From an uncultured Roseivirgaceae bacterium (lineage in GTDB: Bacteria; Bacteroidota; Bacteroidia; Cytophagales; Cyclobacteriaceae): 64,000 nucleotides of DNA. Every line of letters begins with the position of its first letter. Within the stretch, counting starts at the first letter, position 1. The notes below the pieces were generated by a model that was given only the letters and a program-made list of their open reading frames with translations, had not been told where the DNA came from and searched no databases. The translations under genes were made by a program, and so were the position numbers. Shown here one piece after another: positions 28,290 to 37,827 of the stretch. The stretch is taken from contig CAZQVB010000007.1 of NCBI GenBank assembly GCA_964596645.1, forward strand, positions 36,875 to 100,874. Reading direction: 5' to 3'.

Positions 28290-29345
28290 TCAATTTAGCC
28301 TCACTCTAGGATCAATAGCAGCATAAATGATATCGACCAGAACATTTACAACTATAAATATGGTGGCTATAAACAATGTAGTACCCATCACCACCGGAAA
28401 GTCCAAACTTTGTACTGCTTTGATCGTGACATAGCCCAGGCCCTTCCAATCAAAAATATACTCTACAAAAAAGGCCCCGGCCATTAACGAAGCCAACCAG
28501 CCAGACACTGCTGTTATTACAGGGTTGAGGCCATTCTTCAATGCATGCTTTACAACAATTTTATTGTAAGAAAGACCTTTTGCCAACGCCGTACGAATAT
28601 AATCCTGTGAAAGCACTTCCAACATGGAGCTTCTTGTGAGCTGTGTAATGATGGCCAGCGGGCGTAAGCTGAGTGTAATTGCCGGCAGGATGAGATTCTC
28701 GGGATGAAGCTCTCGACCGCGCAACGGATGATTGACCCAAAGCTGCCCAGTGAGATTTAATCCCGTAAAGTCGCTGAGGTAGTAGCCAAAGAGCATGGCG
28801 ATAAGAATGGCCGACACGAAAGACGGTATGGAGATTCCGATGGTCGATACCGTAATGATTCCCTTGTCCAAAATGGTATTCTGCTGCAACGCCGCCAATA
28901 TACCCAATGAAATGCCTAAAAATGTAGATATAGCCATGGCTGCCATCGCCAGCCAGAACGTGCTGGCCACATTGTCGGCAATGATTTCTCCAACACGTTT
29001 ATTCGTTTGAAATGACCGGCGGAGGTAAGGCTTTTTAGCGACGAAAGACCACTTTTCTATGGTGCAAATTGTTTGATACGAGAATTTATCCGAGTCGAGC
29101 TCGGATTTTTTATGAACTGAGAGCGGTGAAATATCGCTGATGTAGTGCCAAAACTGAAAGGTTAAAGGTCTGTCTAAGCCCAGTTCTTTGGTGATGGATT
29201 CTCGTGTAGCCAGGTCGCTGCGCTGACCGGCCAGCATGTTTACAGGGTCACCGGGCAAAGCATGGAAAAGCAAGAAAACAATAATAGCCACTCCTGCCAA
29301 TACCAACAGCCCATATGCTAACCGCTTCACAACAAACGCCCACAT
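28290..29345 (-). CDS. ABC transporter permease (DppB/OppB-type, BPD_transp_1)
   Basis: N-terminus VKRLAYGLLVLAGVAIIVFLLFHALPGDP, six transmembrane segments and an EAA-like loop (..YIRTALAKGLS...V..HALKN). Confidence 0.88.
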   Translation of the reverse strand: MWAFVVKRLAYGLLVLAGVAIIVFLLFHALPGDPVNMLAGQRSDLATRESITKELGLDRPLTFQFWHYISDISPLSVHKKSELDSDKFSYQTICTIEKWSFVAKKPYLRRSFQTNKRVGEIIADNVASTFWLAMAAMAISTFLGISLGILAALQQNTILDKGIITVSTIGISIPSFVSAILIAMLFGYYLSDFTGLNLTGQLWVNHPLRGRELHPENLILPAITLSLRPLAIITQLTRSSMLEVLSQDYIRTALAKGLSYNKIVVKHALKNGLNPVITAVSGWLASLMAGAFFVEYIFDWKGLGYVTIKAVQSLDFPVVMGTTLFIATIFIVVNVLVDIIYAAIDPRVRLN

Positions 29346-30440
29346 CTACTTTTCGCTCAGTTGTACCACCTGAGCTGGGCTGGGCAGGTCGTTGCTGTGC
29401 CATTTGCCCTGTACCACACCATCCTGAAGAAGAATGAGGCCTGGATTGGCACGGATCATAGCCTTGAGCACTGTACCGTCGGCGAAGAAGTAGGGTGCAG
29501 CGATTTGATATTCGTGCCGGAAATTTTCATACACCGCCTGTGAGTTGGCTGTGAGTACCCATACATCCACCCTGTTGCTCAGCTCCTCTATCAAGTGGCG
29601 GAGCTCGTCTAAATGCCGGGTGCGCGCCTTGTGCACATCCGTAAAAATCACCAGTAGCTTTGTCCCTTCATACGATTCTGCAGTAAAATCTCCTTCATCA
29701 TTCCAGACATTGTAGTCGGTGATCTCGGGCTGAGCTTCAGGATTGAGCAGCACCATTTCTTTAAATTTAAGTGTGGTGTCCGGCGGATAGGCGTCAAACC
29801 GCAACGTCTCCCCATCCTTTTCCATGAGGTATTCGTAGCGATATGGTGCTGAAGGCTGCATTTTTTGTTGTATGTCTGCACCTACATGGTAGGGCCTGAA
29901 ATCGATGTATGGCAGGTGCGCTATGCTGTACAATGCCAAAGCAACATTGATAACCAGAACTCCCGCTACAATGGCATCTGTAATCTTAGTACTGAAAACG
30001 GAAGAATAATGATGCCTGCGCCAGAAAATAAAAATAATGAGCACCAGCAAAATCAGGTCTTTAAAAAACGATTCTCGAGGATCCAGTGGAATAGCATCGC
30101 CAAAGCAACCGCAGTCGGTCACCTTGTCGAAGTGCCAGGAGTAAAATGTGAGAAAGGTAAAAAACACGATGAGCAACAACAGTAACCAGGCAGTAAGGCG
30201 CATGCGAAATTTCACCAACACAGCCACGCCAAGCACCACTTCCAACACGGAAAAGACCACAGACATCGGCAGCGACCACGGCACAAAGACATGAAAGAAT
30301 GCGCTGAAGTCGGTAGCGAAAACCTCGAAATATTCTTCAAGTTTTATGGCTGTGCCTATGGGGTCATTGACCTTGATGAGACCAGAAAAAATAAACAAGC
30401 CTCCAACAAAAAATCGTACTAAGGCATCAAGAATTCGCAT
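29346..30440 (-). CDS. DoxX-family membrane protein with a C-terminal thioredoxin-fold-like domain (BT_3928-type)
   Basis: N-terminus FFVGGLFIFSGLIKVNDPIGTAIKLEEYF with four transmembrane segments. The C-terminal half is soluble. Conserved neighbour of DUF1599 and folP in Bacteroidota. Confidence 0.65.
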   Translation of the reverse strand: MRILDALVRFFVGGLFIFSGLIKVNDPIGTAIKLEEYFEVFATDFSAFFHVFVPWSLPMSVVFSVLEVVLGVAVLVKFRMRLTAWLLLLLIVFFTFLTFYSWHFDKVTDCGCFGDAIPLDPRESFFKDLILLVLIIFIFWRRHHYSSVFSTKITDAIVAGVLVINVALALYSIAHLPYIDFRPYHVGADIQQKMQPSAPYRYEYLMEKDGETLRFDAYPPDTTLKFKEMVLLNPEAQPEITDYNVWNDEGDFTAESYEGTKLLVIFTDVHKARTRHLDELRHLIEELSNRVDVWVLTANSQAVYENFRHEYQIAAPYFFADGTVLKAMIRANPGLILLQDGVVQGKWHSNDLPSPAQVVQLSEK

Positions 30441-30987
30441 GTGGCTCTGTCTCGTTTAGTAGAATAAGACAAAATACGGCATAGTTCAGCATGTCCTGAT
30501 AGTTGGGCACGAGACCTTCGGAAGCAATCGTTTTGCCATTGTTATTTTCAATTTGCTTTACGCGCAGCAGCTTCATCAATATTATGTCTGTCATAGAGCT
30601 CACACGCATGCTGCGCCATGCCTCGTTGTAGTCGTGATTCTTATCGGTGAATAGCTCAGAAGTTTGTACCAATACCCGGTCGTAGCGCTCCATCACTTCT
30701 TCAAATGGCATCTCCAGAGGCATCTCATCGGTAAGCTCCGATTGAATGATGGCGATGATGCAATAGTTGATTATTCCAATAAATTCATTGGCTATGCCCT
30801 CATCTATTTTTTGCATTCCTTTTTCTTGAATGGAGCGTATGCGTTGGGCTTTTATCAATATTTGATCGGTAATAGAAGGAAGGCGAAGAATGCGCCATGA
30901 AGTGCCGTAATCACGGGTTTTCTTCTCGAATACCGCTTTGCAGGCCTCTATAACTTTGCTATATTCGCTGACTGTATTAGCATTCAA
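30427..30987 (-). CDS. DUF1599 domain-containing protein
   Basis: Duplicated helical module (YGTSWRILRLPSITDQILIKAQRIRSIQ, and HDYNEAWRSMRVSSMTDIILMKLLRVKQIE). Divergent from folP. Confidence 0.75.
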   Translation of the reverse strand: MNANTVSEYSKVIEACKAVFEKKTRDYGTSWRILRLPSITDQILIKAQRIRSIQEKGMQKIDEGIANEFIGIINYCIIAIIQSELTDEMPLEMPFEEVMERYDRVLVQTSELFTDKNHDYNEAWRSMRVSSMTDIILMKLLRVKQIENNNGKTIASEGLVPNYQDMLNYAVFCLILLNETEPHANS

Positions 30988-31021
30988 AATTACACGTAGA
31001 TTTATTATTTCCCATCCATCA

Positions 31022-31891
31022 TTGGCCGCGAAAGATACAGCTTTTCATATTCAAAAGACACTCAACATTCGCGGAAAAATCCTAGAACTGAGCACTCCAA
31101 AAGTAATGGGGGTCATCAACATTACATCGGATTCTTTTTATGCCAATAGCCGGTCTGCCACAGAAAGTGATGCCTTGAGGTTGGCCGAAAATCATATGAA
31201 CAATGGTGCCGATATGTTGGATATTGGAGCCTACTCCAGCCGGCCGGGTGCCGCGCACATTTCGGAAGAAGAAGAAATGGAGCGGCTCCTCCCATCCGTG
31301 CAGGCTATTGCGAGCCGTTATCCCTCAGTACCTATTTCAGTTGATACTTTCCGCGCCCGTATAGCCCGGGCAGCCGTGGACTGTGGCGCCGGAATGATCA
31401 ATGATATCTCCGGAGGTACGCTTGATCAAGACATGTTTGCAACCATTGCCAGGCTGAACGTGCCTTATGTACTCATGCACATGCGCGGCACACCTCAATC
31501 TATGGCTGGTTTACATGATTATGACAATTTGATGGAAGAGGTAATAAGACCCCTCACCGAACGGCTTGATTTTTTAATCAAAATGGGGGTAAAAGATGTT
31601 ATAGTGGACGTAGGCCTAGGATTTGCCAAGAAGGCCACGCAGAGTTTTGAGCTGCTCAACCATTTGAAATACTTTCAATCATTGAATAGACCTTTGCTGG
31701 TAGGATTGTCGCGAAAATCTATGATCTACAAGACGCTGCGCACCAGCCCGGAAGAGGCCCTCAATGGCACATCGGTTTTGCATGCACTTGCACTGGAGCG
31801 TGGGGGGGATATTTTGAGAGTACACGATACCAAAGAAGCCAAAGAAACTGTAAGGCTGTGGAAAAAATTAAAAACGCAAACTGTTGAATAA
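31022..31891 (+). CDS. folP: Dihydropteroate synthase
   Basis: Motifs MGVINITSDSFY, DIGAYSSRPGA, VLMHMRGTPQSM, DVGLGFAK and RVHD. The start is uncertain: I chose the TTG at 31022 because the ORF-track TTG at 30938 would overlap the divergent DUF1599 gene. Confidence 0.9.
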   Translation: MAAKDTAFHIQKTLNIRGKILELSTPKVMGVINITSDSFYANSRSATESDALRLAENHMNNGADMLDIGAYSSRPGAAHISEEEEMERLLPSVQAIASRYPSVPISVDTFRARIARAAVDCGAGMINDISGGTLDQDMFATIARLNVPYVLMHMRGTPQSMAGLHDYDNLMEEVIRPLTERLDFLIKMGVKDVIVDVGLGFAKKATQSFELLNHLKYFQSLNRPLLVGLSRKSMIYKTLRTSPEEALNGTSVLHALALERGGDILRVHDTKEAKETVRLWKKLKTQTVE

Positions 31892-31897
31892 AAGCAA

Positions 31898-32782
31898 TTG
31901 ATCTTCGCTTTTCGCATAGGATTTTTACAATTAAGCTGGGTAGATGCTATCGACATCTTCGCAGTAGCGCTGCTGTTGTACCAGGTCTACAAGCTCATGA
32001 AAGGCAGCATTGCCTCCAAGGTGTTTGTTGGATTCCTTTTTCTATACCTCACGTTTTTGATGGTAAATGCCGCCCAGATGGAATTGCTCTCAGCTATTCT
32101 TGGGCAATTTATGGGTGTGGGTGTGATTGCCCTCATCATTCTTTTCAGTCCGGAAATACGCAAGTTCTTATTGCTAATCGGAAAATCTACCGCCCTTTCC
32201 CCGGAAAACCTGTTTAAAAACCTGCCTTGGCGCAAGGGAAACAACAGTAAAACGTTCGACTATACCCCTGTAATAGAGGCCGCTAAAACGATGAGCGGCA
32301 CCAATACAGGGGCCCTCATTGTATTCTCCCGCGAATCTGAACTCAAATTTTTCGTAGACTCCGGCGACCGCATTGATGGGGTAATATCCAAAAGACTGCT
32401 CATCTCTATCTTTAATAAAAACAGCCCACTGCACGATGGTGCCGTCATTCTGTACAGGGGCAAGATATTGGCTGCACGGTGCATACTGCCCGTAAGCGAC
32501 AATGACAACCTGCCGGCACAGTTTGGGCTGAGGCACAGGGCTGCCATAGGCATGAGTGAAACCACCGACACCCTGGTTCTGGTGGTCTCTGAAGAATCAG
32601 GTCAGATATCGGTGGTGCGCAAAGGCACCATCTATCACAACTTGTCTATTCAGGAAATCAGAAAAATAATCAACGACTACTTCGAAGAAGAAACACCGGA
32701 GCCGGAGACGAAGTTTGAGAAAATGGCCAAGGAACCCAGTGTGGTGCAAAAGCAACCGGTTGAAGGCACTCCGTTGGTGTAG
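31898..32782 (+). CDS. cdaA: Diadenylate cyclase CdaA (c-di-AMP synthase)
   Basis: Three N-terminal transmembrane segments. The DAC domain carries GALIVF, PLHDGAVIL and RHRAAIGMSETTDTLVLVVSEESGQISV. TTG start. Confidence 0.9.
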   Translation: MIFAFRIGFLQLSWVDAIDIFAVALLLYQVYKLMKGSIASKVFVGFLFLYLTFLMVNAAQMELLSAILGQFMGVGVIALIILFSPEIRKFLLLIGKSTALSPENLFKNLPWRKGNNSKTFDYTPVIEAAKTMSGTNTGALIVFSRESELKFFVDSGDRIDGVISKRLLISIFNKNSPLHDGAVILYRGKILAARCILPVSDNDNLPAQFGLRHRAAIGMSETTDTLVLVVSEESGQISVVRKGTIYHNLSIQEIRKIINDYFEEETPEPETKFEKMAKEPSVVQKQPVEGTPLV

Positions 32783-32794
32783 CGCATGCTGCTG

Positions 32795-34636
32795 CTACTC
32801 CACAGTCACTGACTTTGCCAGATTTCTTGGCTGGTCTACATTACAGCCTCGCAATACAGCAATATGATAGGAGAGCAGTTGCAAAGGAATAACTGATACC
32901 AGCGGCATGAGCGCCGGATGTGTGTTGGGCACTTCTATGACAAACTCCGCCATTTTCGGTATCAACACGTCACCCTCTGTCACCACGGCAATCACTTTGC
33001 CTTTTCTGGCGCGAACTTCCTGAATGTTGGAAATGATTTTGTCATAAGAGCTGTCGCGTGTGGCTATAAACACCACCGGCATCTCTTCATCAATAAGTGC
33101 TATTGGGCCGTGTTTCATTTCAGCAGCGGGGTACCCTTCGGCATGTATATAAGAGATCTCCTTTAGTTTCAGTGCGCCTTCCAATGCCACCGGAAAATTA
33201 TACCCCCTACCCAGGTACAAAAAGTTGCGCGTATCTTTAAATAGCCTCGACACCAGCTTTATTTTCTCGTCTTGCTTTAGTGTCTTTTCCACCTTGGCGG
33301 GAATGGCCTCAAGCTCTGTGAGAATTTCTCTAAAAACGCGTTCGGCAATAGTGCCCCTCTTATGAGCTACCATCAGGGCGATCATGGCAAGCACCGTCAC
33401 CTGTGCGGTAAAGGCTTTTGTGCTGGCCACGCCAATTTCCGGACCGGCGTGTATATACGAACCCTCATGCGATGCCCGGGCAATCGACGAACCCACCACA
33501 TTGCAAACACCAAAAATGATAGCACCTTTGGACTTGGCCAACTCTATGGCAGCCAAGGTGTCGGCAGTCTCACCAGATTGTGATATGGCGATCACTACAT
33601 CGCCCTCTCTTATCACCGGATTTCTATACCTGAATTCTGATGCGTATTCCACTTCCACCGGTATACGGCACCAGTCCTCAAAAAAATACTCAGCCACAAG
33701 TCCCGCATGCCAGGAGGTACCACAGGCTATGATCACGATGCGCTCTGTGTGTATCAGGCGATTGGCATACTCACGTATACCGCCCAATACCAATGATCCT
33801 TTAGACGCATTGATCCTTCCACGCATAGAGTCGGCTATGGAGCGCGGTTGCTCCATTATCTCTTTCAGCATAAAATGCTTAAAGCCCCCCTTCTCTATGG
33901 CCTCCAGCTCAAGATCTATCGTTTGGATGTACGGATCAGAGGCTACGTCATCATTTACGGTCTTAATCTTCAGTTGATCCTGACGTATTACTGCTATTTC
34001 CAGATCATTGAGATAAACCACCTCGTTGGTGTATTCTATCAGGGGAGTGGCGTCGGAAGCTATAAAATACTCACCCTTGCCAATGCCGATCACCAGTGGG
34101 CTACCCTTGCGGGCCGCTATAAGCGTATCAGGTTCATCTTCAGATGCTATCACAATAGCATAAGCACCCACTACCTTAGTCAGTGCCAGCCGTACGGCTT
34201 CTTCAAGGCTGCACTTATTGTTTCTTTTTATGTTTTCTACAAACTGAATAACAACCTCTGAATCGGTATCGCTGCGGAATTGATGCCCCTTGTTTTGAAG
34301 CTCTTGCTTCAGGGTGCTGTAGTTTTCTATGATGCCGTTGTGGATGAGTACGAGCTTGCCATCGTTGGAAAGGTGGGGGTGCGCATTGTTGTCCGTTGGC
34401 TCGCCGTGAGTAGCCCAGCGCGTATGCCCTATGCCGATACTTCCATTTGTGTGTGTACCATTGGCGTGCTTCACAAGGTCCGACACTTTGCCCTGTTTTT
34501 TTATTACTCGAATAGCACCTTCGTGCACCAAGGCCACACCGGCGCTGTCATAGCCTCTATACTCAAGCCGCTTTAGGCCTTTTATGATGACATCAAAAGC
34601 AGAACGCTCTCCGATATAGGCTACAATTCCACACAT
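32795..34636 (-). CDS. glmS: Glutamine--fructose-6-phosphate aminotransferase
   Basis: MCGIVAYIG N-terminal nucleophile Cys, two SIS domains and the C-terminal ..AKSVTVE ending. Confidence 0.98.
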   Translation of the reverse strand: MCGIVAYIGERSAFDVIIKGLKRLEYRGYDSAGVALVHEGAIRVIKKQGKVSDLVKHANGTHTNGSIGIGHTRWATHGEPTDNNAHPHLSNDGKLVLIHNGIIENYSTLKQELQNKGHQFRSDTDSEVVIQFVENIKRNNKCSLEEAVRLALTKVVGAYAIVIASEDEPDTLIAARKGSPLVIGIGKGEYFIASDATPLIEYTNEVVYLNDLEIAVIRQDQLKIKTVNDDVASDPYIQTIDLELEAIEKGGFKHFMLKEIMEQPRSIADSMRGRINASKGSLVLGGIREYANRLIHTERIVIIACGTSWHAGLVAEYFFEDWCRIPVEVEYASEFRYRNPVIREGDVVIAISQSGETADTLAAIELAKSKGAIIFGVCNVVGSSIARASHEGSYIHAGPEIGVASTKAFTAQVTVLAMIALMVAHKRGTIAERVFREILTELEAIPAKVEKTLKQDEKIKLVSRLFKDTRNFLYLGRGYNFPVALEGALKLKEISYIHAEGYPAAEMKHGPIALIDEEMPVVFIATRDSSYDKIISNIQEVRARKGKVIAVVTEGDVLIPKMAEFVIEVPNTHPALMPLVSVIPLQLLSYHIAVLRGCNVDQPRNLAKSVTVE

Positions 34637-34693
34637 ATGCAGTTTTATTTAAGAAGATAATAGGGATAAGTATGCGACACGAAAAAGTACCAA

Positions 34694-36019
34694 CTAATTG
34701 TTCAATGTAGAATAGAACAGTTTCAGTTTCACCTTATCGTTGCTGCCGGTCATGCGATTTAGTCTGTAAAAGTAGCTGCCCTCGTTGAGGCTGGGTGTGG
34801 CCATTAGAACGGAATCAGTACTAATACCACTAATCAAATCCTGAGCAAAAAAAGTGAGATTCGTTGTATAATAGCCTTCATTGTCTTCATTGTCGCGTCT
34901 GAAACGCAACTGAAGTGGTGGCCGATTATTCTGGTTCAAATCGGGCAGAGGGCCAATCAAACGGTTGTCGCTATTGGCTATATATAGCTCCACAGCTGTA
35001 GGGGGCAACAGATAATTGGGGTATTCATTTACCTCAAACACAAGCTCTGCTCTATTCACCGCCAGGTGATCAATGGTATCAATAAAATTGAGCAGGGGCT
35101 GAAAGCTGAACTTCGTCATGATGCCCGTCACACCCTGCATATAAAACTGTCCGTTGCCAGCATCGTACTCAGTATAGTTGTCTTCCAGTCCGGCAAGTGG
35201 TGTCCCCGACTTGTCCTGATCAACGTAGTGGTAGTAGAGTGTTCTGTTTTCTGTACCCGTTTTAAAGTCCAGAAAACTGAAGCCATAGCTTGAGGTGTCT
35301 TCATTATTGTGATAATACAGCCGCGCAAAGGAACGAGGCTGCCCATCAGCGATCACACGAATGCCCAACACAGCAGCATTCGCGGCATCGGGTACCATGG
35401 CTATGCCTTTTATAAAATCGGTGAAGGCATCATTATCATTGAATGTAGTTGTATCAACCTTTGCCCTGTCCAGGATTCGTTGGCCAAAGCTGTCGGCAAG
35501 CCTCATCCGGAAAGTGGTATCAATTCTGGTGGTATCGAAGGCTGACACATTGAAGATCGCGCTTCCGATAGCCTCTGGCATATATGGTGTGTAATCTCCC
35601 GCATAATGCGCCGTATCTTCCATTTCTTCAGCCACCTCATGCACCTGCACGCCAAAGGGCTGACTAAAGTCATCGCCATAAATGGAGAAGGCGTTCAGGA
35701 AAAGCACGATACTATCCATCACAGCATCTTGCGGAGGCCTAAGTGGTGACGACTGTACCTGCAGCTTAGCATACGAGATGGCTTCTATATCACCAAACTC
35801 CGGATCGGAATACCGACCCAGGAGCAAATTGCCCCTATTGCTTGTCTGTACAGAATCGGCCTGAACGGTGGTGGCCCTCAAGGTGATTTCCGTATAGCGT
35901 GCCACAAAGTTGCCACGCTCCGGATCAAGATTAAGCCCAATTTCCCCTGTCTCCTCACATCCAAAAATAAGCAGGGCTAATCCGAAGATCAGCCCCGCCC
36001 GGTTAACCCACAAGTTCAT
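34694..36019 (-). CDS. DUF4270-like lipoprotein
   Basis: Signal peptide with lipobox (LLIFGC). The position between the glycogen-synthase-like gene and glmS is where DUF4270 proteins sit in many Bacteroidota, as far as I recall. No catalytic motif seen. Confidence 0.55.
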   Translation of the reverse strand: MNLWVNRAGLIFGLALLIFGCEETGEIGLNLDPERGNFVARYTEITLRATTVQADSVQTSNRGNLLLGRYSDPEFGDIEAISYAKLQVQSSPLRPPQDAVMDSIVLFLNAFSIYGDDFSQPFGVQVHEVAEEMEDTAHYAGDYTPYMPEAIGSAIFNVSAFDTTRIDTTFRMRLADSFGQRILDRAKVDTTTFNDNDAFTDFIKGIAMVPDAANAAVLGIRVIADGQPRSFARLYYHNNEDTSSYGFSFLDFKTGTENRTLYYHYVDQDKSGTPLAGLEDNYTEYDAGNGQFYMQGVTGIMTKFSFQPLLNFIDTIDHLAVNRAELVFEVNEYPNYLLPPTAVELYIANSDNRLIGPLPDLNQNNRPPLQLRFRRDNEDNEGYYTTNLTFFAQDLISGISTDSVLMATPSLNEGSYFYRLNRMTGSNDKVKLKLFYSTLNN

Positions 36020-36818
36020 TATAGAGCTTAAAGTAAGAATCTTCGCAGTGTTCGTCTTTTTCTATGGTATCTACTACCTTATCACTTTTGCTCAAAGACG
36101 AGAACAAGGCATTGAGGCCATTTTTAAATTCAGATTCTGTTTTGATCACGGCGTCCGAATACTCAATGCCTACTTTAATAAAACCTTCAAAATCGCCCGA
36201 CTCCAGTGGTGAAAGCATGTCATCTTCTATGTCCATCATTTTCACTTTGTCTATCAAGTCGCCATTGAATTTGTGGCTAAACGGATTGTCATAGACTGTA
36301 AAAACAGACTTTGTATTCTTGAAAATGGGGTCGTTTTTATAGGTTGTTTTTATGTACATCGGGATCAGGCTGGTCATCCAATCGTTGCAATGCACCACAT
36401 CCGGCGCCCAGCCCAGCTTGCGCACTGTTTCTAAGGCACCTTTACAAAAGAATATGGCCCTCTCGTCATTGTCATCGTAAAAGCGATTTTCCTTGTCGTG
36501 AAACACACTTTTGCGGTGGAAATAATCCTCGTTATCGATGAAATAAACCTGCAATTTTGCATTGGGTATCGAGGCCACTTTTATCACCAGCGGCTTCTCT
36601 TCATCGCCTACTGATATATTGATTCCCGACAACCGTACCACTTCGTGCAACCTGTTTTTTCGTTCGTTGATAGTGCCAAAGCGTGGAACCAGAATTCTAA
36701 TTTCCATTCCCCGCTCCTGCATGGCCTGGGGGAGTTTTCGAACGAGTTCTGCTACTTCTGATGTTTGTAAGAAAGGATTGATTTCACTTGCGACATAAAG
36801 AATCCTGAGTTTTGACAT
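36003..36818 (-). CDS. Short glycogen/starch-synthase-like protein (GT5 N-terminal domain only)
   Basis: KLRILYVASEINPFLQTSEVAELVRKLP and HCNDWMT match the GlgA N-terminal half. At 271 aa it lacks the C-terminal GT1 half. Confidence 0.8.
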   Translation of the reverse strand: MSKLRILYVASEINPFLQTSEVAELVRKLPQAMQERGMEIRILVPRFGTINERKNRLHEVVRLSGINISVGDEEKPLVIKVASIPNAKLQVYFIDNEDYFHRKSVFHDKENRFYDDNDERAIFFCKGALETVRKLGWAPDVVHCNDWMTSLIPMYIKTTYKNDPIFKNTKSVFTVYDNPFSHKFNGDLIDKVKMMDIEDDMLSPLESGDFEGFIKVGIEYSDAVIKTESEFKNGLNALFSSLSKSDKVVDTIEKDEHCEDSYFKLYNELVG

Positions 36819-36858
36819 ATCTATAGACAGTTGTTTAAAAATGATCTTAAAAATTACA

Positions 36859-36866
36859 CAAAATTA
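36859..36866 (-). promoter_or_regulatory. Candidate -7 box (TAATTTTG on the minus strand) for the glycogen-synthase-like operon
   Basis: The plus strand reads CAAAATTA, 41 nt upstream of the ATG at 36818. Confidence 0.35.
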
Positions 36867-36909
36867 CGAAAATTATACTTCATTCCCATAGCTTTCAGGG
36901 ATTTAACTG

Positions 36910-36917
36910 TACATTTG
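36910..36917 (+). promoter_or_regulatory. Candidate -7 box (TACATTTG) for panC
   Basis: Exact TAnnTTTG match 30 nt upstream of the panC ATG. Confidence 0.4.
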
Positions 36918-36946
36918 CGCCCCGCCAAAAAACCCATTTTTAGGTT

Positions 36947-37795
36947 ATGCAGGTGATAAAAAACACAGCCATTCTCAAGGCATTGCTCCATCAACAACGC
37001 AGTGCAGGAAAGAAAATTGGGTTTGTTCCTACCATGGGCGCCCTGCATCGTGGTCATCTAAGTCTGGTGGAGCGGTGCAGTGCTGAAAATGACTTTTGTG
37101 TCTGTAGCATCTACGTGAACCCCAAGCAATTCAACAACAGCGAAGACCTCGATCGATACCCACGCGACCTCGAGGGAGATCTGGAAATGCTGGAGAATAT
37201 AGGCTGCGATGTAGTCTTTGCACCTTCCGACCAAGAGATGTATCCCGATAACAATGAGATCACCATCCATACAGGTGTTTTCGACAATATACTGGAAGGC
37301 CCCTACCGGCCCGGCCACTTTGGGGGTGTTTGCCTGGTGGTGAGCAAGCTCTTCAATATCGTGCGCCCCGACAGTGCGTATTTTGGGCAGAAAGACCTGC
37401 AGCAATTGCTTCTTATCAAACAGCTGAACGAAGACCTTTCTTTTGGCATCGATATAGTGCGGGTAGACACGGTGCGCGAGCAAGACGGGCTGGCCATGTC
37501 TTCGCGCAATCGCCGGCTGTCTGCTGAAGGTCGGGAGAAGGCCGCTATGCTGTACAAAAATTTGCAGCTTGCGCGGAGAAAACTATTTGAAGGCGCACCC
37601 GTTGAGCTTGTAAAACAATCGGTGCAGGCAGCCTTCTGCCAGGCAGGTCCGGACGTCAGGCTCGATTATTTCGAACTGCTCAACGTGGACACGCATACCA
37701 TAGCCGATACTTTAGATGGCGCGCCTAACGTTTACCTTTGTATTGCTGCATTCGTTGAAAATGTACGCCTGATCGACAATTTGTCTATCAATTAA
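36947..37795 (+). CDS. panC: Pantoate--beta-alanine ligase
   Basis: Motifs VPTMGALHRGHLSLV (HxGH), YFGQKDLQQ and AMSSRN. Confidence 0.96.
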   Translation: MQVIKNTAILKALLHQQRSAGKKIGFVPTMGALHRGHLSLVERCSAENDFCVCSIYVNPKQFNNSEDLDRYPRDLEGDLEMLENIGCDVVFAPSDQEMYPDNNEITIHTGVFDNILEGPYRPGHFGGVCLVVSKLFNIVRPDSAYFGQKDLQQLLLIKQLNEDLSFGIDIVRVDTVREQDGLAMSSRNRRLSAEGREKAAMLYKNLQLARRKLFEGAPVELVKQSVQAAFCQAGPDVRLDYFELLNVDTHTIADTLDGAPNVYLCIAAFVENVRLIDNLSIN

Positions 37796-37827
37796 TTTAA
37801 ATTTGCCGCGCAAATAGAAGGGTTGTG

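Noticed and set aside
36854-37057. A 67-aa minus-strand ORF spanning the panC promoter and start region.
   Set aside because: It overlaps the panC 5' end and the divergent promoter region, and has no supporting motif. Likely spurious.
37798-37815. A TAAATTTG box plus the perfect palindrome ATTTGC-CGC-GCAAAT in the 29-nt panC-panD spacer.
   Set aside because: The match to the -7 consensus overlaps the palindrome, and panD is most simply co-transcribed with panC. A 6-bp A/T-rich stem with no U-tract is too weak to call as a terminator or attenuator.
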